Assembly: GCA_964469485.1 (NCBI GenBank)
Contig: CAYXZP010000002.1
Coordinates: 1 to 60,655, forward strand
DNA length: 60,655 nt
Origin: an uncultured Myxococcales bacterium
GTDB taxonomy: Bacteria > Desulfobacterota > Binatia > UBA1149 > CAYXZP01
Reading direction: 5' to 3'
Shown here: piece by piece, positions 32,013 to 42,300 of the stretch
Layout: the number at the start of each line of letters is the position of its first letter
Position numbering within the stretch: the first letter of the stretch is position 1
The notes under the pieces: model-generated
Told to the model about the DNA's origin: nothing
The model's input: only the letters and a program-made list of their open reading frames with translations
Databases searched by the model: none
Translations under genes and position numbers: made by a program

Positions 32013-32894
32013 ATGGGCGTAGTTTCGATCTCGGTCGCCGCGTTCTTCTTCGGTCTCGTTCTGGCCGCAGGTCCGGCGCGGGCGGCCGGGCCCGTCCATC
32101 TGGAGACGCCGAGTGAGCGTGAGGTCGAACGCTGGCTGCCCGAGGGTGGGGCCCTCGACGGCCGCGCGCTCTACGACCGCTTTCTAAAGAACCGCCGCCG
32201 CCTGCGCACCGCCTATCAACAGGGCCGGATAGTATCGAGCGACCCCGGCGGCAACCCCCAGGAGGTGCGCTTCTGGATGCACTGGAAGGATTACCGGGAT
32301 GCGGCTGACGACCCCGTCAACGGGCTCTACTCGAAGGCCCTGGTCAAACTCTCCGGACCCCACGAGGTGCGCCACAGCGGCTACCTGTACGTCCATCGCT
32401 CCGACCGTAGCGACGATCAGTTCATGTACTCCCCCAACCGCGGCCGTACCGCACGCGTACGTGTGCACGGACAGAGCGTGGCGGGCACCGATTTTACCTT
32501 CGACGATTTTCTTCTCACCCTCGACGACGTCGAGGACGCCGACTACCGCCGTTTCTCGGACGAGGAGATAGGCGGTGTGCCCGTCTACGTCGTCGAAGCC
32601 ACGATGAAGCCTTCGAGCGAGTCGCGCTACACGCGCAGCATCAGCTATCTCGAGCAGGAACACTATGTGCCCCTGCGCACGCGCTATTGGGACGAGATCG
32701 GCGTCGAGTCAAAACTGCTGGTCTCACCGCACACGGGCATACGGGAGTTCGACGGCGTCTGGGTCGCCACCGTCTCTACGATGACCGATATCCTCGAGGA
32801 CACCGACTCGACCATGTACGTCGACCTGCTGACCCCCAACCCGGGCTTGGGGGACGGGGTCTTCTCGATCGCCGCCCTCGAGGCAAAGCCCTAG
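32013..32894 (+). CDS. LolA-like outer-membrane lipoprotein-sorting family protein
   Basis: Signal peptide 'MGVVSISVAAFFFGLVLAAGPARA'. 'VAGTDFTFDDF' and the overall pattern are typical of the LolA_like family that accompanies MMPL/RND exporters. TTG 31998 is an alternative start. Confidence 0.7.
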   Translation: MGVVSISVAAFFFGLVLAAGPARAAGPVHLETPSEREVERWLPEGGALDGRALYDRFLKNRRRLRTAYQQGRIVSSDPGGNPQEVRFWMHWKDYRDAADDPVNGLYSKALVKLSGPHEVRHSGYLYVHRSDRSDDQFMYSPNRGRTARVRVHGQSVAGTDFTFDDFLLTLDDVEDADYRRFSDEEIGGVPVYVVEATMKPSSESRYTRSISYLEQEHYVPLRTRYWDEIGVESKLLVSPHTGIREFDGVWVATVSTMTDILEDTDSTMYVDLLTPNPGLGDGVFSIAALEAKP

Positions 32895-35299
32895 ACGCGC
32901 GCTTTTACCAATATCGCCGGCAGCAGCGTGAGATCGGCGGCAAGACACACGAGCATGACGATGGCCGACAGGGCCCCAAACTCGCGAATGGTCGCGAAAC
33001 CGGAGAGCGTGAGCACGAGAAACCCGGCCACCAACATGAACGAGGTTGAGACGATGGGCCGCCCTATCCGGACCGTGCAGGCGGTGGCGGCCTCTTCGGG
33101 GGAAAGCCCGCGGCCCCGTTCATGGCGGTAGGCCACGAGGAAGTGCGCCGTGTCGTCTATGGCGATGCCGAGCGCGGCACAGCCGATGAGGCTGGTCGGC
33201 AGCGACAGCGTGGCCGCTCCCGCCCCGAGCAGGCCGAAGAACATCAGGACGGGCACGAGGTTGGGCGCCATGGCCAGCGCACCGACCTTGACCGAACCGA
33301 AGAAGCGCCACACCAGCACGAAGATCGCCACCGTGGCCAGCCCAACGGCCCGCGTTTGGCTGTCGGCGATGATGTCGGCACCGTGGTTGACGAGCAGCGT
33401 ATTGCCCGTGACCGTGGCCCGGATCCCCTCTGGGAGCGCTGTGCGCTCGAGGATCCCGTGGATGTCACGCTCGAGCTGGCGAACCGTCGCCGAGCCGCTC
33501 GCCGGTGTTCTGACGACCAGGTTGGCGCGGCTATGGTTGGAATTGGCCAGTTGCCGCAATTCAGCCTTGGGGATGAAGAACATCAGGTCGGCCACCTCGC
33601 CGCGGCTCGCAGGTATGCGTTCGGCGGCCGCATCGTCGTTCTCGAAGGCACGGTTGAGCGGTTCGATGAGATCTACGGCCGAGATGGTGTTCGTCACCAT
33701 GGGTAGCGCTCCCACCGACCGTTGCAGTTGGGCCAGGGCCCGGAGCTTGGCCGGTTCGCGAAAGGCCCCTTCCGTGCCCCCGTCGAGGCTGACGTAAACC
33801 GGCACCGAACCCCCCATCGCCTTGTTGATCGCATCGAAATCACGCCGTACCGGCGAGTCGCGGTCGAAGAAGTTGAGGTAGTCGGTGTCAACGACGATGG
33901 CCGGCACCAGCAGGGCGGCGGTCACGGCGGCCAGCCCCCACAGGGCCAGCATGCGGCCCGGCCTGCGGGTCGAGTTGCGGGCCAGCGCCACCAGGCTCCG
34001 TTCCAGGACGACGGGCATGCGGGTGCCCGTACCCGCCCGGTCTCCGGACCCGCCCGCCATCAGCGCCGGGATCCCGGCCAGACTGATCATGGTGACCGAG
34101 ACTATGCCGAGCACCGTGAAGGCGCCGAGTTCGTCGATGGCCGGCACCGGCGAGGTCAGCAGCGCCCCGAAACCGACCACCGTCGTGGTTGCGGCCATGC
34201 CGACCGGTGCGCGGCAGTATTCGAGACAGTCCAGGGCCGCCCGGCGCCGGTCGGGCTGCCCGGCGCTCATCTCCTCGAAGCGGGCCAGGACGTGAACGCC
34301 GTAGACGCTCCCCACGCATATGAGCATGGGGCCCAGCACCACGGTTATGAGGTTTAGCGGTCTACCGAGCCAGGCCAGCGTGGCGTACACCCACAGGGTC
34401 GCCAGTACGCTTGCCCCGACCGGCAAGACGGTGGCCGCAAGCGAGCGCGACAGAGCCCAGGCCACGGCCGAGCCGACGACGACGGCCAACGGTATGAGCC
34501 GGACAAGGTCGTGGACCATTATCCGGTGCGTGTGAGCCTTGACGTGCTGGCGGCCGGTCACGTGGAAGGCGAAGCCCGGCACGGTCTCGGCGGCGAGTAT
34601 CGCCATCACCCGCTCGTCGATGCCGGCGGCGACGAAGTCACCGTCGCTCATCTTCCTGAACGACACGTTGATGGCCGCGGTGTTGGCGTCGGCCGACACC
34701 AGGATCTTCGGATATATTCGGTCGGACAGGGCCCTCTGCCGGAGTTCGGCCAGAGAGTGTTCGTCTGTGGGGATGTCGTCGATGAGGTCGGCAAGTTCGA
34801 CGAGGTCTTCGTCGCTGCGGTAACGGTACGCGACCGTGTTGGTAAGGCTCTTGACCGACCGCACGCCCGGAATACGGCGGATGGCGTTGCTTATACGGCG
34901 CAATCGTTCGAGAGCCTCGCGAGTGAATACGCCCCCGGTCGTGTTCATCGCGATCACGAACAGGTCGTCCTCGCCGAAGTTGGCGATGGCCTCGTGGTAG
35001 GCCTCGATCGCCGGGTCACGGCTGTCGAGAAGCGGCTCCTCGGAGGGATCGAGGGTCATGTTGACCCCCAGGGGGGCGGTTCCAAGGAGCGCGGCGAGCG
35101 CGGCGATACTGAGCGCGCCGATCGTCGTCAGTACCAGGACGCGCGCGCGCAGGAGGGTCCGGGGGGCCGCGAAAGCGGCGATTAGCGGAAGCAGGAGCGC
35201 GGCTGCGACCGCGACGGCAATGGCCATGTCGGCGTCCAAGGGCATATTGTCATATATATCCGTGACCGCGCCGCCCGGCGCCAGCCCCGAGGGCGGCAT
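32891..35299 (-). CDS. RND-superfamily MMPL/HpnN-like exporter
   Basis: 802-aa ORF with two 6-TM-type blocks and two periplasmic loops. 'GIAIDDTAHFLVAYRHE' parallels the 1-1983 paralogue. In-frame ATGs at 35245 and 35227 are alternative starts. Confidence 0.85.
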   Translation of the reverse strand: MPPSGLAPGGAVTDIYDNMPLDADMAIAVAVAAALLLPLIAAFAAPRTLLRARVLVLTTIGALSIAALAALLGTAPLGVNMTLDPSEEPLLDSRDPAIEAYHEAIANFGEDDLFVIAMNTTGGVFTREALERLRRISNAIRRIPGVRSVKSLTNTVAYRYRSDEDLVELADLIDDIPTDEHSLAELRQRALSDRIYPKILVSADANTAAINVSFRKMSDGDFVAAGIDERVMAILAAETVPGFAFHVTGRQHVKAHTHRIMVHDLVRLIPLAVVVGSAVAWALSRSLAATVLPVGASVLATLWVYATLAWLGRPLNLITVVLGPMLICVGSVYGVHVLARFEEMSAGQPDRRRAALDCLEYCRAPVGMAATTTVVGFGALLTSPVPAIDELGAFTVLGIVSVTMISLAGIPALMAGGSGDRAGTGTRMPVVLERSLVALARNSTRRPGRMLALWGLAAVTAALLVPAIVVDTDYLNFFDRDSPVRRDFDAINKAMGGSVPVYVSLDGGTEGAFREPAKLRALAQLQRSVGALPMVTNTISAVDLIEPLNRAFENDDAAAERIPASRGEVADLMFFIPKAELRQLANSNHSRANLVVRTPASGSATVRQLERDIHGILERTALPEGIRATVTGNTLLVNHGADIIADSQTRAVGLATVAIFVLVWRFFGSVKVGALAMAPNLVPVLMFFGLLGAGAATLSLPTSLIGCAALGIAIDDTAHFLVAYRHERGRGLSPEEAATACTVRIGRPIVSTSFMLVAGFLVLTLSGFATIREFGALSAIVMLVCLAADLTLLPAILVKARV

Positions 35300-35338
35300 T
35301 TTGACGACGTGCCCCCCTTGGGGTTACACATCAGCGGT

Positions 35339-36004
35339 ATGAGTTCCGTGGGCACGCTTCCGGAAATACTCAGGTTATTCCCCTTGGGCGAGGTCGTGCT
35401 CTTCCCCGACACGCTCTTGCCCCTGCATATCTTCGAACCCCGCTATCGAGAGATGCTTGCCGATGCGCTCGCCGGCGACCGCACCATTGCCATGGCCCTG
35501 GTGAAGGGGGCCCGCCGTGCCGTGGCCGAGCAGGAAAACCCCGAGGTGTATCCCGTCGGCTGCGCCGGTCACGTGGTGGAGCACAAACCGCTCGACGACG
35601 GCCGTTCGATGATAGTGCTCAAAGGGGGCGTGAAGTTTCGCATCACCGGCGAACTCGTCGATGACAAGCCCTACCGCAATGTCCAAGCGCAAGCCCTCCA
35701 TGAAGCGCCGGCGCCGATCGAGTCCTTGCGGCTATGGCGCGTGGAGTTGAAGGGGATCATGGCTGATTATGCGGCGGCCAGTTCGGGCTCGTCCGAAGAG
35801 GTGGCGGTCGTGTTCGACCAGCTCGAACTTCGCAGCCTGGTCAACTATCTTTGCGCTTCGATGCCTTTCGACATCGTCGAGAAACAGAGCCTGCTCGAAT
35901 GCGCGACCCCTGAGGCCCGCTATGGCCGCCTTTGTGAGTTGGTTGCCTACAAGACCGCCGAGGCCCGTCTCGGTTTGGGCGCCGACCGTGGGGTCGATTC
36001 ATGA
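35339..36004 (+). CDS. LON substrate-binding (Lon N-terminal) domain protein
   Basis: 'LRLFPLGEVVLFPDTLLPLHIFEPRYREML' is the canonical Lon-N start. Its stop overlaps the next start (ATGA at 36001-36004). Confidence 0.8.
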   Translation: MSSVGTLPEILRLFPLGEVVLFPDTLLPLHIFEPRYREMLADALAGDRTIAMALVKGARRAVAEQENPEVYPVGCAGHVVEHKPLDDGRSMIVLKGGVKFRITGELVDDKPYRNVQAQALHEAPAPIESLRLWRVELKGIMADYAAASSGSSEEVAVVFDQLELRSLVNYLCASMPFDIVEKQSLLECATPEARYGRLCELVAYKTAEARLGLGADRGVDS

Positions 36005-37338
36005 GACCCGCCGTCCGTGTCCTGGCCCTGTCGGCCCTGCTCGTCTCCCTCCTGTGGGCGGGACGCGCGGCGCTGTCGCCGGAGCCGCTTTGCCGTGGCT
36101 GCAACATCGTCCTGATCTCGGTCGATACGCTGCGTGCCGACCGCACCGGTGCCTACAACCCCGGCCTGCGGACAACTCCAGCACTCGACCGCCTGGCGGC
36201 CTCCTCGGTCGTCTTCGAGCGGGCGATCAGCCAGTCGGCCTGGACCCGGCCCGCGCACGCTTCGATGCTGACGGGGCTTTACCCATCCGAACACGGCATC
36301 ATCGCGATGTCCGAGCGCAGGCGCCTGCATCCCGGCTTGCCCACCTTGGCGGGCGCCCTCGGGCGGGCGGGCTACCGCACGGCCGCCTTTACGGGTGGCG
36401 CCAACATGGCGGCCGAGTTCGGTTTCGACGGCGGCTTCGATGTCTACCGTTCCCACGGGCGGCGCTTGGGGGACAACCTCGGCGCTGCGCTCGAGTGGAT
36501 GGCCGCTGCGGGCGACAAGCCGTTCTTCTTGTTCCTTCACGGCTTTGACCCCCACCGCCCCTATCGCTCCGAGCCCGAGGACCGCCGGGCCCTCGGCTTG
36601 CCACGGCAAAGGGCGGCGGGACTGAAGAAGGCCTGTGAGAGCGGGCGTGCGCCCGAGGACCTAGCCGGCCATCTGGCCGAATACGATGCGGCCGTACATC
36701 GCGGCGACCGCTCCTTTGGTCGTTTTCTCGGGGGGCTGTCCGATCTCGGACACGGCTCCGACACGGTCGTTATCTTTACCTCGGACCATGGCGAGGAGTT
36801 CTTCGAGCACGGCCGCTGTTTTCATATCCGTACCCTCTACCGCGAAGTGGTCGAGGTTCCCTTGGTCGTCCACGTGCCGGGTCTCGAGCCGCGGCGCTTC
36901 GGCACTCCGGTGCCGGCCTCGGTCGCGGTTGCGCCGACCTTGCTGGCGATCGTAGGGGCCCCGCGCCATGGCGTGAGTGGGCCGAGCCTGGTGGATGCCT
37001 TGCGGGGGAGGCCGTGGCGGTCTGATTTTGTCGTAAGTGAGACATCGAGCCGCTTGGTGCGTTCGACAGTGGGCCGTGGCAGCGGGCATGTGCGCGCGGC
37101 AACGCGCGAGCACGACAAGTTCGTGAACTGGATATCGGCCGGCCGCACCGAATACTTCGATCTCGACAAAGACCGTTATGAGACACGGGCCATCGACCCG
37201 GGCCACCGGGGCAGGGCGCTCGAGAGCGCCCTTGCCGGGTGGGTACGCAGCCACGGGCCGCGCTTGCCGGCACCGGCCCACGGGCCTTTGCCGGCCAGGC
37301 TGGCACGCAGGCTGCGGGCGCTCGGCTACGTAGAGTGA
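36001..37338 (+). CDS. Sulfatase-fold (alkaline-phosphatase superfamily) enzyme, Thr-variant nucleophile motif, secreted
   Basis: Signal peptide 'VRVLALSALLVSLLWAG'. 'NIVLISVDTLRADR' metal-site start. 'WTRPAHASMLTG' aligns to the sulfatase 'C-x-P-x-R-x4-TG' as T-x-P-x-H (36244-36258). Confidence 0.8.
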   Translation: MRPAVRVLALSALLVSLLWAGRAALSPEPLCRGCNIVLISVDTLRADRTGAYNPGLRTTPALDRLAASSVVFERAISQSAWTRPAHASMLTGLYPSEHGIIAMSERRRLHPGLPTLAGALGRAGYRTAAFTGGANMAAEFGFDGGFDVYRSHGRRLGDNLGAALEWMAAAGDKPFFLFLHGFDPHRPYRSEPEDRRALGLPRQRAAGLKKACESGRAPEDLAGHLAEYDAAVHRGDRSFGRFLGGLSDLGHGSDTVVIFTSDHGEEFFEHGRCFHIRTLYREVVEVPLVVHVPGLEPRRFGTPVPASVAVAPTLLAIVGAPRHGVSGPSLVDALRGRPWRSDFVVSETSSRLVRSTVGRGSGHVRAATREHDKFVNWISAGRTEYFDLDKDRYETRAIDPGHRGRALESALAGWVRSHGPRLPAPAHGPLPARLARRLRALGYVE

Positions 37339-38006
37339 CCGTGAACCCAGCGCTCAGAACAAAGGCGGCCATCTACGATCTCGACGGCGTCCTTCTCGAC
37401 ACGGAGCCTTTGTACACCAGGGTGACCCAGGCCATCGTCGGCGAGTACGGCAAGGTGTTCGACTGGTCGATCAAGCGGCACATGATAGGCCGGCCTTCGC
37501 GGGAATCGGCGCGCTATCTGGTCGAAACCCTGTCGCTGCCGATCGGTCCGGACGAGTATCTCGAGCGCAGACGCGACGGCTTGGCCCGCCTGTTCCGCGA
37601 ATCCCCCGCGATGCCGGGGGCGCGCGAGTTCACCCGGCTTCTCGATTCGCGGGGGCTGGTCCAGGCCATAGCGACCAGCAGCGAACGGTCGCTCTACGAG
37701 ATAAAGGCCTTTGCGCACCGGGAGTGGTTCTCGGTGTTCAAGTCGGTCGTCAGTGGCGACCACGACGAGGTCGCCGAGGGAAAGCCGGCGCCGGACATCT
37801 TCCTGGTTGCAGCCCGCGAGCTCGGCGTCGAGCCCGAGGCCTGCATCGTGTTCGAAGATTCGCCCGCCGGTGTGGAAGCGGCAAGCCGCGCCGGCATGCG
37901 CGTGGTCGCGATCCCGGATCCGGCCATGGAACGCGAGCCCTACGCAAAGGCCGACCTCGTCGTCGAGGGTTTCGCCGACCTGGAGCCTGACCGGCTAGGC
38001 CTCTAG
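37335..38006 (+). CDS. HAD-IA family hydrolase (beta-phosphoglucomutase / phosphatase-like)
   Basis: 'AIYDLDGVLLDTE' motif I, 'GKPAPDIF' and 'VFEDSPAGVEAASRAGMRVVAI'. GTG 37335 overlaps the upstream TGA (GTGA). GTG 37341 is an alternative start. Confidence 0.8.
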   Translation: MTVNPALRTKAAIYDLDGVLLDTEPLYTRVTQAIVGEYGKVFDWSIKRHMIGRPSRESARYLVETLSLPIGPDEYLERRRDGLARLFRESPAMPGAREFTRLLDSRGLVQAIATSSERSLYEIKAFAHREWFSVFKSVVSGDHDEVAEGKPAPDIFLVAARELGVEPEACIVFEDSPAGVEAASRAGMRVVAIPDPAMEREPYAKADLVVEGFADLEPDRLGL

Positions 38007-38007
38007 C

Positions 38008-39168
38008 TCAACCGACGATGCCGTCGGCCAGTAACGCCTCGACCTCATCCTGGTCGAGGCCGAGTTCGCTGAGAACCTCACGGTTGTGCTGGCCGGGTAG
38101 CGCCGCTTGCGGCGCCGCCCGGCCGGGGGTTCGCGAGAGCCGCGGCGCGGGCGCCGGAGCGAAGCTCTCGCCGGCACTCGCAACGAAGGTTTCCCTGTCG
38201 CTGTTGTGCTGGTGGAGCCGGGCCTCGTCGAGTTCGAGTACCGGCGCTACGCAGGCGTCGGTGCCGTCGAAGATCTCACACCACTCGTCCCTCGTCTTGG
38301 TCGCGATGATCTCGCTGAAGCGACGGCGAAGCAGTGGCCAACCCTGACGGTCCATTTGCGGCGGAAGTTCCTCGGAGCCGAGACCGAGCCCTTCGATAAA
38401 GGCCGTGTAAAATTGCGGCTCGAGAGCCCCGACCGCCACGAAGCCGCCGGCGGCGGTTTCGTAGACCTCGTAGAACGGCGCACCGCTGTCGAGAAGGTTC
38501 TCGCCGCGCGCGTGTTCCCACACACCGCCCTGGCGCATACCGAAGATGAAGCTTGCCAGGTTGGCGGCGCCATCGACCATCGCAGAGTCGATCACCTGGC
38601 CCTTGCCCGACCGTTCGCGTTCGAAGAGGGCCAGCACGATCCCCATTGCGCACAGCATTCCGCCCCCGGCGAAATCTCCGAGCAGGTTAAGCGGGGCCAG
38701 GGGCCTGTCTCCGGCACGTCCGATAGCGGACAGGACACCCGACAGTGCGATGTAATCGATGTCGTGACCGGCCATGGAGGCGTAGGGACCGTCCTGGCCC
38801 CAACCGGTAAGGCGCGCGTATACCAGAGCGGGGTTGCGCGCCAGCAGTTCAGCTGGTCCCAGGCCCAGCCTTTCCATGACGCCTGGACGGAAAGGTTCCA
38901 GCACCACGTCGGCGTCCTCGAGCAGGCGCAGGAGGATATCGAGTCCCCGTTCGCTCTTGATGTCGAGGCCCAGAGCGCGTTTTCCCCGGGCGAGGCAATC
39001 GCGGGCCGGATTGAAGCTGGGGCCCGACCCCCCGGCTGCGGGGCCTGGCCGGTCTATCCTGAGCACAGATGCGCCGAAATCGGCCAGGATCATGCCGGCA
39101 TACGGGGCCGGCGCGAGTCCGGCCATCTCTATGACCCGGATCCCGTCGAGGGGTGTTTTTACAGGCAT
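38008..39168 (-). CDS. Family III CoA-transferase, alpha-methylacyl-CoA racemase-like
   Basis: 'LDGIRVIEMAGLAPAPYAGMILADFGASVLRIDRPG' closely follows the CaiB/BaiF/AMACR N-terminal signature. Confidence 0.85.
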   Translation of the reverse strand: MPVKTPLDGIRVIEMAGLAPAPYAGMILADFGASVLRIDRPGPAAGGSGPSFNPARDCLARGKRALGLDIKSERGLDILLRLLEDADVVLEPFRPGVMERLGLGPAELLARNPALVYARLTGWGQDGPYASMAGHDIDYIALSGVLSAIGRAGDRPLAPLNLLGDFAGGGMLCAMGIVLALFERERSGKGQVIDSAMVDGAANLASFIFGMRQGGVWEHARGENLLDSGAPFYEVYETAAGGFVAVGALEPQFYTAFIEGLGLGSEELPPQMDRQGWPLLRRRFSEIIATKTRDEWCEIFDGTDACVAPVLELDEARLHQHNSDRETFVASAGESFAPAPAPRLSRTPGRAAPQAALPGQHNREVLSELGLDQDEVEALLADGIVG

Positions 39169-39279
39169 TTCAAGGGTTTGCCTGGCTACCCGCTGTGGGG
39201 GCCGCAGTCAAAGGGCCCGGGGCTCACCGCACCCCCCATTTTGGGGGTCTAAGTACCGGTTTTTCCTAGGAATCTTTCG

Positions 39280-39309
39280 TTGACAGCTCTTTAACGCACG
39301 GTGCATACT
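39280..39309 (+). promoter_or_regulatory. Candidate sigma70-type promoter upstream of protein D
   Basis: TTGACA (39280-39285), an 18-nt spacer, then CATACT (39304-39309). It lies 10 nt downstream of TCCTAGG (39264-39270). Weak -10 and unverified. Confidence 0.3.
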
Positions 39310-39376
39310 CCAGAAGTCGGGTCAGGTTTGCTCTCGACCTCAGACTAAAGGCGGACCACGGCCGCCTTTGGCGAGG

Positions 39377-42300
39377 ATGGAACGCGTGCGTTTCGCGGTA
39401 GGTACAATATCGCTCACGCTACTTTTGTCGGCGGTCCCGTACGGCCTGCCGACCGCTGCCGTCGCTCAGGCCACAGAGGAACCCGACGCCCCGCTCTCGG
39501 AGTCGGCGTACAGCTGCCAACAGGCCCTCATGCGCGTGTCGCACCGCTACCTGACGCGCAACCTCAAGATCCGTCATAGGTGCCGTGCCAGGGCGTCCGC
39601 GGCGGCCGCCTGCCTGACCGGGCTCGGCGACGACAAGACGGCCAAGGCCATCGCCAAGCTGCGCGAGCGCGTAGATACCGCCGTGCTCCGCAAGTGCCGC
39701 AACGTCAACCTGAACGACCTTTATTTCCCCGGCCCCTGTGACCTGATCACGACCGGCACCTGTCATATCGACCAGTGCACCGACAGCTACCGAGAATGCC
39801 GGGACACGCTCGAGTCCGGAGATGCGGTCGCTCCGCCGGATTGTGCGGCCGGCCAGTGCATCGAGCGCAACATGTACGTGGGGTGCACGACCCACGCCGA
39901 CTGCCGCGGCGAGGCGGGGACCTGCAAGACCCCCGGCCAGGTTTGTGAAGGCGGTCCCTTTGCCGGGCGGACCTGCCAGGCCGACGCCGACTGCGCCAGC
40001 AGCGCCGAGTGTAAAGACAAGACGGTCGGGGTTTTCGATGTTACGGACCTGAGCACCTGTTTCAAAAGCCTGCTCGACACCAACAGCGAGATCCTTCTCG
40101 ACCAAGAGTATCCCGCCGATTCGTCGACCGGGGCCACGGCGAGAGCGCGCCAGGGCAGAAAAGGCAAGACGAAAAAGAAGGGTTGTGTCGAACGCGCGGC
40201 CACGGCCGCTTCCAGGATGGTGTTGCGCGAACTGCGCACGCGTCAACGCTGCCTGTCCGACGAACGCGCACCCGACACCGGTGAAGAGGCTGCCGATGCC
40301 GGTGAGGATACAGCAGAAGAAGCAACCGGCTGTCGCAAGAACGTGGTCCCCTACGGTCCGGGAACGGGCAACACCCGCGCCGATGCTATCATCGTGCAGG
40401 CCTATGTTCGGCTGTTGTTGCTCGTGCCCTCGGTCTGCGAAGATTCGGACCTTGCCGGCAAGACCTACACCAGTTTCGATCCCACGGGAGCCCCCTTCGA
40501 TGTTTACGACCTGCGCCAGTTCCTGTTCGACACCCACCGTTCCCTCAACCGTGACCTATTGAGCGTTGCCTTTCCCCCGAAGCCGGTATGCGGCGACGGC
40601 GAGCTGCAAGGCTGGGTCGAGGAATGCGACGACGGCAACATATTCAGCGACGACACTTGTCTCCCGAACTGCGCGGCCGCGCGTTGCGGTGACGACCAGG
40701 TCTGCTCGCACACGAGTTGCGAGAGCGGGCCTTCGAGCGGGGCCGAAGAATGCGACGACGGCGCATTGAACTCAGACACGGTCTCTGATGCCTGCCGGAC
40801 CGATTGCGCGAGCCCATTTTGTGGCGACGGGGTGGTTGACTCCGGCGCGGGCGAGGCCTGTGACAGCGGGGCCGCCAACTCGGATACGGCTGCGGATGCC
40901 TGTCGTACGACCTGCGCGCTGGCGACCTGCGGAGACGGGGTCGTCGATAGCAGCGAAGCCTGCGACATTGGCCGCCAGTGCCGGGATGCCGACGGGGTGC
41001 CCGGCTCGCTGTGTACGACCGACGACGACTGCGCGGCCGGCCAGACCTGCGAACCCGGCGGCGAGTCCGCGACATGCGATAGCGACTGCACGCTTGCCCT
41101 CGACCGGGCCCCCGCCGAGGTCAGCGTGACGGGCAGCGGCGTATTCAACTCCATTACTCTGACTTGGGACCTCTCCGTGGTCGGCAAGGCGGCGGCCGTT
41201 GTGGCCGAAGATAAGGACGGGAATCCTGTCTGTGCCGTGTCGACCCAACTGGCAGCGCAAGGCTGCTTGTACAGCCTGGGGAACTACCTGTCGGGAAGCG
41301 AGCTTACGGCCACCGTGGACGGCTGTGATATTGCCCTCGATGAGGCGGCGCCCTTAGTTCTGTTCACCTGTCTTACCGTGGTCGGCGAGGCCGGCGCGGA
41401 GCCCGGTGGCGATGTCACCGTGGACGATGTGGTGTGCAGCGAAGACGGCTGTGGCGAGACCGCCGCCGACATCACCGTGAGCATGGAGGTGTTGGAGGCG
41501 GACTCCTGTGGTGACGGCACCGTCAACTACGCACGTGGCGAAGCATGCGACGATGGCAACCTGTCCGACAATGACGCTTGCCTGAGCGATTGCGCGCTCG
41601 CCCATTGCGGCGACGGCCATGTGTGTAGTGACGGTGCCTGTTCACCCGCAGAGGGCGGACCGGGGGAGGAACTCTGCGATGACGGCAACGACGACGAGGA
41701 GGACGGTTGCCTGAGCACCTGCCGTACGGTCGCGTGCGGGAACGGGACGGTGGACCCGGGGGAAGACTGCGATGACGGCAACACGGTCGAAAGCGATGCT
41801 TGCCTCAACAACTGCATGGAGGCCGCTTGCGGTGACGGGATCATTTACGCGGGCGTGGAGGAGTGCGACGGTGAGAGCGTAGGTGACTGTGAGTTCTGTT
41901 CGGACCAATGCCGTTGTTTCATCGGCAGGGGCTGTCCCGGCTCCGGCGAACTGACGCTGTATGCGGGCACCGGTGTTTCCTGCGCCGGCGACCAGGACTG
42001 CTTTGACTTCTATGGCGAGCAGTACCCCGGCTCTTGCAACCCCGAGCTCAGCCGTTGTACGACCAAGACGCTGCTCACCACGGGTTCCACCGGTATCGCC
42101 CACGGTGCCGATCTGACCGACAACATTTCCTTGAAGGGGCGGCTACAGTGCCCGGACGCGGCCCCCTGCGGTGATTGCGCCGTAATCGGGCTGATGGCCG
42201 ATAATCCGGACGAAGGCGAGCAGGGCGGCCGGTATTGTCGCTGCGCCGCCGACAACCGCCAATACTGCGATGTGCCGCTGGACTCCGACCCCGATGCTTG

